From Treponema sp. UBA4267 (GTDB lineage Bacteria; Spirochaetota; Spirochaetia; Treponematales; Treponemataceae): a stretch of DNA of 64,000 bases. Of this stretch, positions 19,922 through 29,197 are shown piece by piece. The notes under the pieces were generated by a model. The model was not told the DNA's origin. It saw nothing but the letters and a program-made list of their open reading frames with translations, and did no database searches. A program made the translations under genes and the position numbers. The stretch lies in contig DGWD01000034.1 in NCBI GenBank assembly GCA_002395155.1, positions 1,529 to 65,528 of the forward strand, given 5' to 3'. The stretch's first letter is position 1. Each line of letters opens with the position of its first letter.

Positions 19922-20946
19922 TGAAAAAAGGGTTTAAATCAGGATTAATTGTCCTTATTGTAATTATTTTAATTATTATTGGATTATCAGTTTTTTCTGT
20001 AATCCATCCTGTTTCGTATTTTAATTTTTCTGTTTTTGGTGATAGTGAAAACTCAAGTCCTTCTACCATTCAAATAGTTGCAAACGACAACAAAGACAGT
20101 AAAAAAACATACGGAAAAAAGTTTATTGCCGCTTTAAAAATAAAAGGAACAATTCAAGAAGCAAATTCTTCTTACAATCAGGCATGGCTTATTTCTACAA
20201 TAAAGTCTCTTAAAGACAACAAAAACAATGTTGCCCTTGCAGTTTTTATAGACTCACCAGGAGGAGCTGTTTACCAGGCTGATGAAGCATATCTTGCTCT
20301 CGAAGACTATAAGACAAGCGGAAAGCCTGTTTATGTGTATCAGGGTTCTATGGCAGCTTCTGGAGGCTACTACATTTCTTGTGCCGCAAACCAGATTTAC
20401 GCAAACCGCAACACTTTAACTGGTTGTATTGGTGTATTGATGGGAACTTCATTTGATTTAACAGGCCTTTTTGACAAAGTTGGCATTAAATCAGAAACAA
20501 TACATTCTGGTAAAAACAAAAATATGCTCAACTACAATGAACCTATAACAGATGAACAAAGAGCTATCATGCAGTCTCTTTGCGATGACTGTTACAAGCA
20601 GTTTGTAAACATTGTTGCAAAAAGTCGTCATATGCCTACACCAAAGGCTATAGCTTTATCTGATGGTCGACTTTACACTGCAAACCAGGCATTAGAAAAT
20701 GGTTTAGTTGACCATATTGATTCCTGGGAAAACATGATAAAAGATCTTTCAGAAAAAGAATTAAATATGCCAGGAATTAAGGTTAATACCTATCAGTATT
20801 ATAAAAAACAAACTTTTGTAGATATGATGATGGGGAAAGCCCATGCAATTTCCAACGCAAATGCAGCTGCAAGTCTAGGCTTACCAGAAGCAGTCATTGA
20901 AGATATGAATAATTTTTCTATGACTCCAATGTATTTGTACAAATAA
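19921..20946 (+). CDS. sppA: Signal peptide peptidase A (S49)
   Basis: DSPGG, SMAASGGYY, SGKNK, DGRLYT..QALENGLVD. Confidence 0.92.
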   Translation: MKKGFKSGLIVLIVIILIIIGLSVFSVIHPVSYFNFSVFGDSENSSPSTIQIVANDNKDSKKTYGKKFIAALKIKGTIQEANSSYNQAWLISTIKSLKDNKNNVALAVFIDSPGGAVYQADEAYLALEDYKTSGKPVYVYQGSMAASGGYYISCAANQIYANRNTLTGCIGVLMGTSFDLTGLFDKVGIKSETIHSGKNKNMLNYNEPITDEQRAIMQSLCDDCYKQFVNIVAKSRHMPTPKAIALSDGRLYTANQALENGLVDHIDSWENMIKDLSEKELNMPGIKVNTYQYYKKQTFVDMMMGKAHAISNANAAASLGLPEAVIEDMNNFSMTPMYLYK

Positions 20947-21931
20947 TTTTATAAAGGCCTGCTTTTTTACCGTTTACCAGAGTATGAAGGCAGGCTTCTA
21001 TTTTATATCCCAATTCAGAAACAACTTCATCCAGTTCTTCCTTTCTTGCAGATAAAATAACCATTCTTCCTTCATCCTTTAAAATCCTTTCAAAAGAAGC
21101 AAACATTTTTTTGTAAAAAGTTTTTACATCGCCAATATCTTCATAAAAACCCCATGGCGGATCTGTAATTACAAGATTTATAGATTTATCTTCAATATGA
21201 GAAAGATTAAAGGCATCTGCCTGGCGTAAATCTAAACATGGATTATCTTTGAGTTGTTTTTTCTGACTGTTCATAGATATTTTTTCGTTATCAATATCTG
21301 AGGCATAAAGTTTGGAAAAATGAAACTTTTTTACCAATTGAACAGGAATTGAACCATAACCGCAAAAAGGTTCAAGAATTACATCATCTTTTTGAATATC
21401 TGCAAAAGATGAAATTAAATATGCGATTTCTGGTCTGAGTTCTCCTTTATTAAGATTTTTTTCTGTAAATTCACGTTTTGTAATCAACTGTCCACAAAAT
21501 GCAAAACCTTCCCGTCTTATTGAATACCAGATTTCTGTTGTTGGAGAAAGCCTGTCCAAAGTTAAACGACTATTTTGTAAAACAATTTCCTCTGCCCTTC
21601 TGGCAATATTCTTATCAACCTTGGCAAATTGATTTTCTTGACTGAACCTAACTCTGAAAGTACCTTTATTAATAAGGTAATATTTTTTTTCCGATGAAAC
21701 TGCCCCAACCATAGAAGGAAAATTCAAGCCCTTACCTTTCCAGGTTTTTAAAACAAAAAAAGTATTATTAAAATAAATGATTTTTTCCAGATCCCTGGAA
21801 TTTCCAGCATATTGATAATGAACAAGTCCATCATAAATAGAAATTATTTTACAAGAAGGAAGCCTTTGTACTAAATCCTTTTTAACAACATCCTGAAATC
21901 CTGTAATAAAAGAAGAAACGTATTCAGCCAT
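20918..21931 (-). CDS. SAM-dependent RNA methyltransferase (TRM11/UPF0020-like)
   Basis: GELRPEIA, EPFCGYGSI, VITDPPWG. Confidence 0.85.
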   Translation of the reverse strand: MAEYVSSFITGFQDVVKKDLVQRLPSCKIISIYDGLVHYQYAGNSRDLEKIIYFNNTFFVLKTWKGKGLNFPSMVGAVSSEKKYYLINKGTFRVRFSQENQFAKVDKNIARRAEEIVLQNSRLTLDRLSPTTEIWYSIRREGFAFCGQLITKREFTEKNLNKGELRPEIAYLISSFADIQKDDVILEPFCGYGSIPVQLVKKFHFSKLYASDIDNEKISMNSQKKQLKDNPCLDLRQADAFNLSHIEDKSINLVITDPPWGFYEDIGDVKTFYKKMFASFERILKDEGRMVILSARKEELDEVVSELGYKIEACLHTLVNGKKAGLYKIICTNTLES

Positions 21932-22029
21932 ACCCGAAAGTATATAAATTTCCCAAACTTAAATCCACCATCATAATTCAACCTCCAACAATCCATCCTT
22001 TCCCACAACACACATCAACCTCCAACACC

Positions 22030-22165
22030 CTATCACCTAGCCCCTAGAACCTAGCACCCTACCACCTACCACCTACCACCTAAAACCTAAAACCTAAAAC
22101 CTAACCCCTATCACCTAAAACCTAGAACCTACAACCTAGCACCTAAAACCTAAAACTAAGACTAG
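22030..22165. repeat. Degenerate heptamer tandem array (CCTAAAA/CCTAGCA/CCTACCA), about 18-19 units
   Basis: Visible 7-bp periodicity; same unit family as 14232-14290 on the opposite strand. Confidence 0.9.
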
Positions 22166-22191
22166 ACACTCACAATAAAATCAATTATAGT
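22163..22191 (+). promoter_or_regulatory. Sigma70-type promoter of the infC operon
   Basis: TAGACA-17 bp-TATAGT. Confidence 0.65.
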
Positions 22192-22264
22192 ATGAAGATA
22201 CACGCTATATGTTAGAAATGTGTTCTGTAAACAAAGTTGTTTAACAACAACACTAGGAGGATAA

Positions 22265-22805
22265 TTGGCATACGTGAATAATAACAATAACAATAAGGGG
22301 CAGCGAATTAATGAAATGATTCGTGTGCGTGAGGTACGTCTTATCGATGATGAGGGCAATCAGCTAGGAATTGTAGCAACACCAGAAGCACTCAGAATGG
22401 CACAAGATAAGGATCTTGACCTTGTTGAAGTTTCACCTAATGCAAATCCACCGGTTTGTAAAATACTTGATTATGGCAAATACCGATTCGAACAGGAAAA
22501 AAAGCTCCGTGACGCCAAGAAGAATCAGAAGGTATTGAAGCTTGAAGGAAATCCGCATGCAGCCAAAAATAGGCTCCGGAGATCTGGATACTAAGGCCAA
22601 ACATATACAGGAATTTCTGGACGAGGGTGACAAGGTTAAAGTCACAATCCGTTTCCGCGGACGTGAACTTGCTCACACAGAGCTCGGCTTTGAAGTTCTG
22701 AATGAGGTGTTAAAGCGACTTACCTCGGCGTACAACATTGACAAGCCAGCCGCTATGGATGGAAGAAATATGTCAATGACAATCTCAGCAAAAGCCGCAA
22801 AATAA
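22265..22805 (+). CDS. infC: Translation initiation factor IF-3, split by a +1 frameshift at about 22541-22545
   Basis: N-domain [15 protein letters not shown]...[12 protein letters not shown] in 22265-22543; C-domain KEIRMQPKI...[14 protein letters not shown] in the +1 frame to 22805; TTG start after GGAGG. Confidence 0.95.
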
Positions 22806-22817
22806 GAGGTTTAGAAA

Positions 22818-23018
22818 ATGCCTAAGATGAAGACAAAGAAGTCAGCTGCTAAACGTTATTCTTTAACAGGCACTGGCAAAGTAAAACACAAGAAGCAGAA
22901 CCTTCGTCATATTTTGACAAAGCGTTCACCAAAAAGAAAGAGAAATCTTCGCGCAGCAGGTTATGTTGCTGAAGCAGATGCAAAGAAAATCAGAAAGCAG
23001 ATGCTTCCATACGGTTAA
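22818..23018 (+). CDS. rpmI: 50S ribosomal protein L35
   Basis: [19 protein letters not shown]; position after infC. Confidence 0.97.
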   Translation: MPKMKTKKSAAKRYSLTGTGKVKHKKQNLRHILTKRSPKRKRNLRAAGYVAEADAKKIRKQMLPYG

Positions 23019-23030
23019 TGAGGTGAATAA

Positions 23031-23390
23031 ATGTCAAGAGCAATAGACGGAACAAAAAGAAAGAATCGCCGCAATAAGATTTTGAAACTTGCTAAAGGTT
23101 TCCGTGGCGACAGAAAATCAAACTATAAACCAGCAAAAGATGCTGTAACAAAAGCACTTGATCACGCTTATGTTGATCGTCATGACAAGAAACATGAATT
23201 CCGCTCATTGTGGATTGCTCGTATTAACGCTGCAGTTCGCGAAGAAGGAATCACATATTCACAGTTCATTAATGGAGTTAACAAAGCTGGTATTAAATTG
23301 AACCGCAAGGCTCTCTCTAATATGGCTATTGAAGACCCTACAGCATTTAAGGCAGTTGTTGAAGCTGCTAAAAAAGCTATTAAGGCTTAA
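23031..23390 (+). CDS. rplT: 50S ribosomal protein L20
   Basis: [28 protein letters not shown]. Confidence 0.98.
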   Translation: MSRAIDGTKRKNRRNKILKLAKGFRGDRKSNYKPAKDAVTKALDHAYVDRHDKKHEFRSLWIARINAAVREEGITYSQFINGVNKAGIKLNRKALSNMAIEDPTAFKAVVEAAKKAIKA

Positions 23391-23412
23391 CTTTTATAAA
23401 GGAAGTTAATCT

Positions 23413-24057
23413 ATGATTTCACTTGATCAGGTATATCTTCTGGAACAAAAGGTAGAAAGTGCTGTTGCAAAAATACAACAGCTACAAGCTGAAAACGATG
23501 CTCTTCGCAACAAATGTGCAGAGCTCACAAATGCGCTTTCAGCAAAGTCGGAGCAACTAACTACCATTGAAACAGATCAAGACCAGATTGAAAGTGGAAT
23601 CAAAAAAGCACTTGACCGCTTAAGTTCAATTGAAAATTCAGTACTAAAAACTGTTTCTGCAATGGCAACAAGCGGTCAAGCTGCTCCTACCTCTAATCAA
23701 ACTGTAAGACAAACAGTTATTCAAAAAGAAACTCCAAAACAGGAAATTAATTTAAATCAAAATCAAACAAGTTTTACAGCAAAAGAAGTTGCTCCAAAAG
23801 AAGAACTTTCTCCAAGCTTTGCAACAATGACTCAAATGTTTGATGACAAAAGTCCTGCACAAACGCCAAATCCTGAGGCTTCAATTCCTGAAACACAGTA
23901 TACAGAAGCCGAAGATAATTCAAATACTAATCCCTTAATGAATCCTTTTATGCAGTATGATGATTCAAACGGGGCTTCTGATGAAATTTTTCAAGAAGAT
24001 ATTCCAGATGAGGAAGAAGACAACCAGGAAGATGACCTGGGCTTCGATATTTTCTAA
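23413..24057 (+). CDS. ZapB-like coiled-coil protein with acidic disordered tail
   Basis: LEQKVESAVAKIQQLQAENDAL coiled coil resembling ZapB; directly upstream of zapA. Confidence 0.65.
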   Translation: MISLDQVYLLEQKVESAVAKIQQLQAENDALRNKCAELTNALSAKSEQLTTIETDQDQIESGIKKALDRLSSIENSVLKTVSAMATSGQAAPTSNQTVRQTVIQKETPKQEINLNQNQTSFTAKEVAPKEELSPSFATMTQMFDDKSPAQTPNPEASIPETQYTEAEDNSNTNPLMNPFMQYDDSNGASDEIFQEDIPDEEEDNQEDDLGFDIF

Positions 24058-24371
24058 TGGGCAAACTTCATATTGAAATGCTTGGATCAAATTTTACAAT
24101 CCAGGCAAATGGCGATGATCAATATTTAGAAAAACTCCTGGGATACTACAAAAGAATTACAGAAGATGTAAAAAAAATCGATTCTATTAAAAATCCTCTC
24201 CAGGTGGCAATTCTTTCTGGCATTATAATTTGCGATGAATTATACAAAGAAAAACAAAATAAAGTTGCTATGGAAAACGGGGACTACAAGGCTGTTGAAA
24301 ACTCTATGGATACACAGGAAATAGAACGTAGAACTGCCGAAATGATCAGCAAAATCGATAAGGTATTATAA
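24057..24371 (+). CDS. zapA: Cell division protein ZapA
   Basis: IEMLGSNFTI...YLEKL...VAILSGIIICDEL pattern; size 104 aa. Confidence 0.8.
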   Translation: MGKLHIEMLGSNFTIQANGDDQYLEKLLGYYKRITEDVKKIDSIKNPLQVAILSGIIICDELYKEKQNKVAMENGDYKAVENSMDTQEIERRTAEMISKIDKVL

Positions 24372-24833
24372 TTGGCAAAAGAAATCAGTATTTGGATAGA
24401 TGCCGACTCCTGCCCCACTCTTGTAAGAAATCATGTAGTAAAAATGGGTAATCGCTTAAACTGTAAGGTTTATTTTGTTGCAAATAAATATATTCCTTGC
24501 AATCAAGATGGACAATTCCAAATGATTATCTGTAAAGAAGAAAAAGATTCTGCTGACAATTATATTTTTGATCATGTTGCAGCAAGTGATTTAGTCATAA
24601 CTCGAGATATTGTTTTTGCCAAAAGACTTATTGAAAAAAACATTTGTACTATAAATGACAGAGGACGAATTTTTGACAAAAATAATATAAAAGAACTACT
24701 TTCTACCCGTGATTTTGACTTACAATTGGCAAATATAGGACTTGTAAAACACTACAATGAAGGATATGACAAAAAAAAGTTCGCAGCTTTTGCGAACTCT
24801 TTTGACAAGGTAATCCATAATTTATTGAAATAA
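24372..24833 (+). CDS. YaiI/YqxD (UPF0178, DUF188) family protein
   Basis: IWIDADSCP, DSADNYI, DLVITRDI, INDRG. Confidence 0.9.
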   Translation: MAKEISIWIDADSCPTLVRNHVVKMGNRLNCKVYFVANKYIPCNQDGQFQMIICKEEKDSADNYIFDHVAASDLVITRDIVFAKRLIEKNICTINDRGRIFDKNNIKELLSTRDFDLQLANIGLVKHYNEGYDKKKFAAFANSFDKVIHNLLK

Positions 24834-24841
24834 GCTTTAAA

Positions 24842-26092
24842 TTAATCTTCCGGATCATCAGGGTAAGCCATTTGAATAGAACAAATACGGTCTTTTACCT
24901 GAATAAAAGCAAGTACAACTTCTGGATCAAAATGTGTGCCAGATGAGTTTTGAATTTCTGCAAAGGCATCTTCAATTGACCAGGCTTCCTTGTAACAACG
25001 CTTATGACTCAAGGCATCAAATACATCTGCAACAGCTACAATTCTTGCACTCAAAGGAATATCTTTTCCAGTTAATGGAGGACAAATAGGAAGAACACCT
25101 TCCTTTATATCAAACTGATTAAGTTTAATATCTCCTGGATATCCAGAAGGACCACCGTCCCAACGATCATGATGATGAAGTGCAATTTCCATAGACATTC
25201 TATCAAGAGGAGACTCAGGTGGATCAAAAAGCTGAGCACCAATTACAGTATGTCCTTTCATAATATTTCTTTCTTCATCAGTAAAACGAGGGAAAGTCTT
25301 TTTAAGAATAACATCAGAAATACCAACTTTTCCAACATCATGAAATTTAGCGGCAATCTTTAAGTTATCTCTATATGAATGAATTTCTTCTTCTGGAATA
25401 TTATGATTAAAGGCCCAGCGGTCGTAGATTTCAAGTGAATATGAAGAAACTCTTTCAACATGTGGATAAGTTTCTTTTGGATCACGAAATTCTGCCATTT
25501 TAAGCATACGTTTTACCATATTTGAAGTAAGGTAAGCGTGTTGTAAGGCCTGTACCGCACTAGATGCAAAATGGGTAATTAAAAGTTCTGCTTCTTCATC
25601 AAAAGCAATAACTCTGCCTTCTTCATCTTTTGCATTGATAATCTGAAGAACTCCAAGGAGATTTCCATTAGCCATTTTTAATGGCAGGGTATACATAGAT
25701 TTTGTATGATAATCGGTAGTAAGGTCTGTATTTTTATTGAACTTGTATACAGTATCTTCTGGAAGAGCATAACAATCTGGAATATTAAGTGGCTGTCCAG
25801 TAAGTGCAACATAACCACAAATCTGTTTTTCGTTGATTGGGAATGAAAAACATGTATATGGAAGCTTATCTCCAGGAGCTAACTCCTTAAGATGAGTATC
25901 ATTCTGTCCATATTTAATTTTAAGTTTGTCACCTTCTACTACATAAATAGAACCAGCATCAGCATTAACGATATGACGAGTTTCTGTAAGAATACGCTCC
26001 AAAAGAACATCAACATCCTGTATTTCTCCTAGTTGACGTTCAATTTCTATAATTTTTTGTAACTTATCATCATTTCTGTTTACTTTTGCCAT
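24842..26092 (-). CDS. GAF + HD-GYP cyclic-dinucleotide phosphodiesterase
   Basis: GAF (ADAGSIY, GVLQIIN); ETYPHVERV, HDVGK, HHDRWDG..GYP, ADVFDAL. Confidence 0.92.
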   Translation of the reverse strand: MAKVNRNDDKLQKIIEIERQLGEIQDVDVLLERILTETRHIVNADAGSIYVVEGDKLKIKYGQNDTHLKELAPGDKLPYTCFSFPINEKQICGYVALTGQPLNIPDCYALPEDTVYKFNKNTDLTTDYHTKSMYTLPLKMANGNLLGVLQIINAKDEEGRVIAFDEEAELLITHFASSAVQALQHAYLTSNMVKRMLKMAEFRDPKETYPHVERVSSYSLEIYDRWAFNHNIPEEEIHSYRDNLKIAAKFHDVGKVGISDVILKKTFPRFTDEERNIMKGHTVIGAQLFDPPESPLDRMSMEIALHHHDRWDGGPSGYPGDIKLNQFDIKEGVLPICPPLTGKDIPLSARIVAVADVFDALSHKRCYKEAWSIEDAFAEIQNSSGTHFDPEVVLAFIQVKDRICSIQMAYPDDPED

Positions 26093-26124
26093 AGTATTTT
26101 ATTATCCTAAAAGTTGCGTAAAAA

Positions 26125-26997
26125 TCAAGACATAATAGTTATTTGTTTTTGCAAAATTGTAAAAAATATTGGTCCTGCTCCATTTTCTTTATCTGGCAAA
26201 ATCTGGTAACCATACTTTGTTTTTTCAAAACCAGGAAGTTGAATATTTGTACAATTTTTTATTTCATCTAACTGAGGATCTGGTTCAAGAAGCTTAAATG
26301 CATTTCCATCTTTATTAAATTTTTTGTAAAGTCTTTCAATCATTTCATCATTTTCTTGGGGACAAAGGGCACAAGTTGAATATAAAAGTATTCCACCAAC
26401 AGCTAAAAGTCTGTAAGCAGATGATAAAAGAGCCCACTGCTCCATACTTACCGTTTTAATTCTAGAAAGTGACCAGGTATTCAGGTATTTTGGGTCTGCA
26501 ATTACATGTCTTTCAGAAGAACATGGGGCATCTAAAAGGATACGGTCAAAACATTCACTTTGTCGTTTACACCAGGTTGCTCCATCACTGCAGGAAACTG
26601 TAATTCTTTGCGAAATTTCTGATGGAAGACAAGTTTCTACAACAGTTGCAAGCCTGTGTTTTCTTTCGGCGGAACGTTCGTTGGAAGAAAGTCTGGCATC
26701 TTCATCCATTCTTGAAGCTAAAACTAAAGTTTTACCACCTGGGGCGGCACATAAATCCAAAATATTTTCTGCACCTTTTAATGGCAGACAAAGAGCCGCC
26801 AGAACTGATGCTGAATCTAAAAAGTATTCTTTTTGGGCACCTGGAACATGATAAGAAACAGCCTGATTTTCCTTAAAAAATGCCTCTTTTAAAGCAGGCC
26901 ATCGTTGTCCGTAAAGCTCTGAATAGTATGTTTCGAAGCCTTGAGAACCAAAAAGTTTTTCTTTTTTATTTTCTTTATCACCTGATTTTTTCTTCAT
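26125..26997 (-). CDS. RsmB/NOP-family RNA m5C methyltransferase
   Basis: DLCAAPGGKT, LLDAPCS, YSTC. Confidence 0.92.
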   Translation of the reverse strand: MKKKSGDKENKKEKLFGSQGFETYYSELYGQRWPALKEAFFKENQAVSYHVPGAQKEYFLDSASVLAALCLPLKGAENILDLCAAPGGKTLVLASRMDEDARLSSNERSAERKHRLATVVETCLPSEISQRITVSCSDGATWCKRQSECFDRILLDAPCSSERHVIADPKYLNTWSLSRIKTVSMEQWALLSSAYRLLAVGGILLYSTCALCPQENDEMIERLYKKFNKDGNAFKLLEPDPQLDEIKNCTNIQLPGFEKTKYGYQILPDKENGAGPIFFTILQKQITIMS

Positions 26998-27040
26998 TAA
27001 ACAATTCTCTTAAACAATTTCTTCTATAAAAAATCTAACT

Positions 27041-28237
27041 TTATTCCAGCACAAACAAACCTGCTTTTTCTTTATATTCAAGTATTCGTAAAAGTGCCTG
27101 ATCAATTTTTTTGGCAAAGTCCGAATCTTCCTGGGCTTTTTTATAAATTACCCTGGCAGCCTTACCAAAACGTTTTTCCGAAATCATTATACAGTCAACG
27201 CCTGCATCAATTGCCATTAAAGCAGCTTTCTCTGGAGGGTATCCATTATCTGCAAGGGCACCCATAAAAATATCATCAGAAAAGATTATGCCCTGGTATT
27301 TGTAGGTATTTCTAAGAATATCAGTAACCCAAACTTTTGATAGACAGGCTGGAACTCCAGGATCAATTGCAGAAGTTCTGGCGTGAGACATTAGAATGGC
27401 ACTTGGATTATATTTTAAAATTTCTTCAAAAGACCTAACAGATTCCTTCAAGTCTGCTTCAGATAGTTTTATTTCTGGAAGACCTGTATGAGGATCTGTG
27501 TTAGTGTTTCCAGGAAAATGTTTTACTACAGTTGCAATATGATTATTTTCGTAGGCATTTACGCAGGCACGACCATAATTCAAAACCTGTTCAAAAGAAC
27601 CAAAACTACGGCCGTCCAAAAAATCTTCGTTATCGGGAGTACAAACTTCTATTACAGGAGCAAGATTCATATGAAAGCCCATAGACTGCATTTGCAGGGC
27701 CTGTTCCCTGTATATTTCATAAGATTGAGCAATTGAATTATTTTTTGCCACATCCTGATTTGAAGGAAGTTTTGTATTTAATTTTTTAAGGCGACTAACC
27801 CAACCACCTTCCTGGTCTACAGCAAGATAAGGGGGAATTATTTTGTTTTGCCTGCAATAGTCGTTTATTGAATTATTAAAATCTTTTTGAGCTTGAACAG
27901 AATCAGCTATATTATAAGAAAAAAAGAGGTATCCGCCGGCAACAAGAGGCCTTTCTTCATCATCATCTTTATCTGTTATAGCCTTCATATTTTCGTAGGT
28001 ACGGAATTTGGTATTTCCTTCAAGATTTTCTATAAAAAGTTGAGCAACCTTATTTTCCAGAGGCATATTTTTTATATAGTCTGTAAGTTTAGCCTGGTGG
28101 ATTTTTTGATTTTCAATTATATATGAATTAAAATTACTTTGAGTTTGATGATTTATAATTTCCTTCTTTGTCTGTTTATCTGTACAGGAAATAAAAAAAA
28201 GAGGGATTAAGAAAAACAAAATACTTCTGAACTTCAT
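27041..28237 (-). CDS. nagZ: GH3 beta-N-acetylhexosaminidase, lipoprotein
   Basis: Lipobox FFISC; AVDQEGG.V.R; KHFPG...DPH; IFSDD. Confidence 0.8.
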   Translation of the reverse strand: MKFRSILFFLIPLFFISCTDKQTKKEIINHQTQSNFNSYIIENQKIHQAKLTDYIKNMPLENKVAQLFIENLEGNTKFRTYENMKAITDKDDDEERPLVAGGYLFFSYNIADSVQAQKDFNNSINDYCRQNKIIPPYLAVDQEGGWVSRLKKLNTKLPSNQDVAKNNSIAQSYEIYREQALQMQSMGFHMNLAPVIEVCTPDNEDFLDGRSFGSFEQVLNYGRACVNAYENNHIATVVKHFPGNTNTDPHTGLPEIKLSEADLKESVRSFEEILKYNPSAILMSHARTSAIDPGVPACLSKVWVTDILRNTYKYQGIIFSDDIFMGALADNGYPPEKAALMAIDAGVDCIMISEKRFGKAARVIYKKAQEDSDFAKKIDQALLRILEYKEKAGLFVLE

Positions 28238-28287
28238 AAGACAATTATAACAAAAATCACTTCTATTGAGTAGAGAATTGCAGGTAT

Positions 28288-28316
28288 TTGATTGAGCTAC
28301 TTATTTACTATATAAT
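28288..28316 (+). promoter_or_regulatory. Sigma70-type promoter of SDR-pncB (short or leaderless transcript)
   Basis: TTGATT-17 bp-TATAAT, 8 nt before the ATG at 28325. Confidence 0.55.
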
Positions 28317-28324
28317 ATATATTT

Positions 28325-29188
28325 ATGAAGCGTATTGCAGTAATTACAGGAGCAAGTTCAGGTCTTGGTAAGGCATTTGCCCAGCAGGTAAGTCAAAAAT
28401 ATACTTTTGATGAAATTTGGATTTTGGCCCGTCGCGAAGACAAACTCAAAGAACTGGCAGATCAAATTAATTCGAATGCAAAGTTTAAAACTGTTAGACC
28501 TGTAGTTATGGATGTTTCTGGACGACAAGGTGCAGAAGCTTTTAAGGCCTTTCTTGAAGAAGAAGACAAAAAACTAAAATCTATTGAAAGTGGAATTGAA
28601 ATTGGTCTCTTAATCAACAATGCAGGTTTTGGAACTTACGGTCCTTTTGAAGAAACTTCGATTAATCGCGAAATGGACATGATTGACCTAAACTGTACCG
28701 GCCTTACTGGAATGTGTGGAATTGCTCTCCCCTATTTAAAAAAAGGTTCTGTCATAATCAATACTTCATCTCTTGCGGCTTTTATGCCTCTTGGTAATTT
28801 TGCAGTTTACGGAGCTTCTAAAGCCTATGTACTTAGTTTTTCAATTGCACTAGCAGCTGAACTAAAAGATAAGGGGATAAAGGTATGTGCCCTCTGTCCA
28901 GGTTCTGTAAGTACTGAGTTTGCAAATGTTGCATCTAACGGTGCCCGCAAAGAAGTAAAAGGTGGCATTAATCCAGACAAAGTTGTTGCCCAGTGTTTGA
29001 AGAGAGCCTTTAAGGGCAAAAAGATTTCTATGTATAGACCTAAATGGCGTTTTACAGCTTTATTAAGCAGATTTGTAGGCCGTTATTTAGTTGCTAGATA
29101 TACTTATAAATACAATAAAAGACCTCACAATCCAGATGAGGATATTAAAAAATCGGATGGGGAAATTTCTATTTCAGATTATATGTAG
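28325..29188 (+). CDS. Short-chain dehydrogenase/reductase
   Basis: TGASSGLG, NNAG, YGASK. Confidence 0.95.
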   Translation: MKRIAVITGASSGLGKAFAQQVSQKYTFDEIWILARREDKLKELADQINSNAKFKTVRPVVMDVSGRQGAEAFKAFLEEEDKKLKSIESGIEIGLLINNAGFGTYGPFEETSINREMDMIDLNCTGLTGMCGIALPYLKKGSVIINTSSLAAFMPLGNFAVYGASKAYVLSFSIALAAELKDKGIKVCALCPGSVSTEFANVASNGARKEVKGGINPDKVVAQCLKRAFKGKKISMYRPKWRFTALLSRFVGRYLVARYTYKYNKRPHNPDEDIKKSDGEISISDYM

Positions 29189-29197
29189 GGGTAAAAT

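Noticed and set aside
22030-22165. Eukaryotic telomere contamination
   Set aside because: Units are degenerate and embedded between intact bacterial genes at two separate loci.
22195-22260. L20 leader RNA upstream of infC
   Set aside because: Only a short gttgtt/aacaac hairpin is visible; the consensus cannot be confirmed without an Rfam scan.
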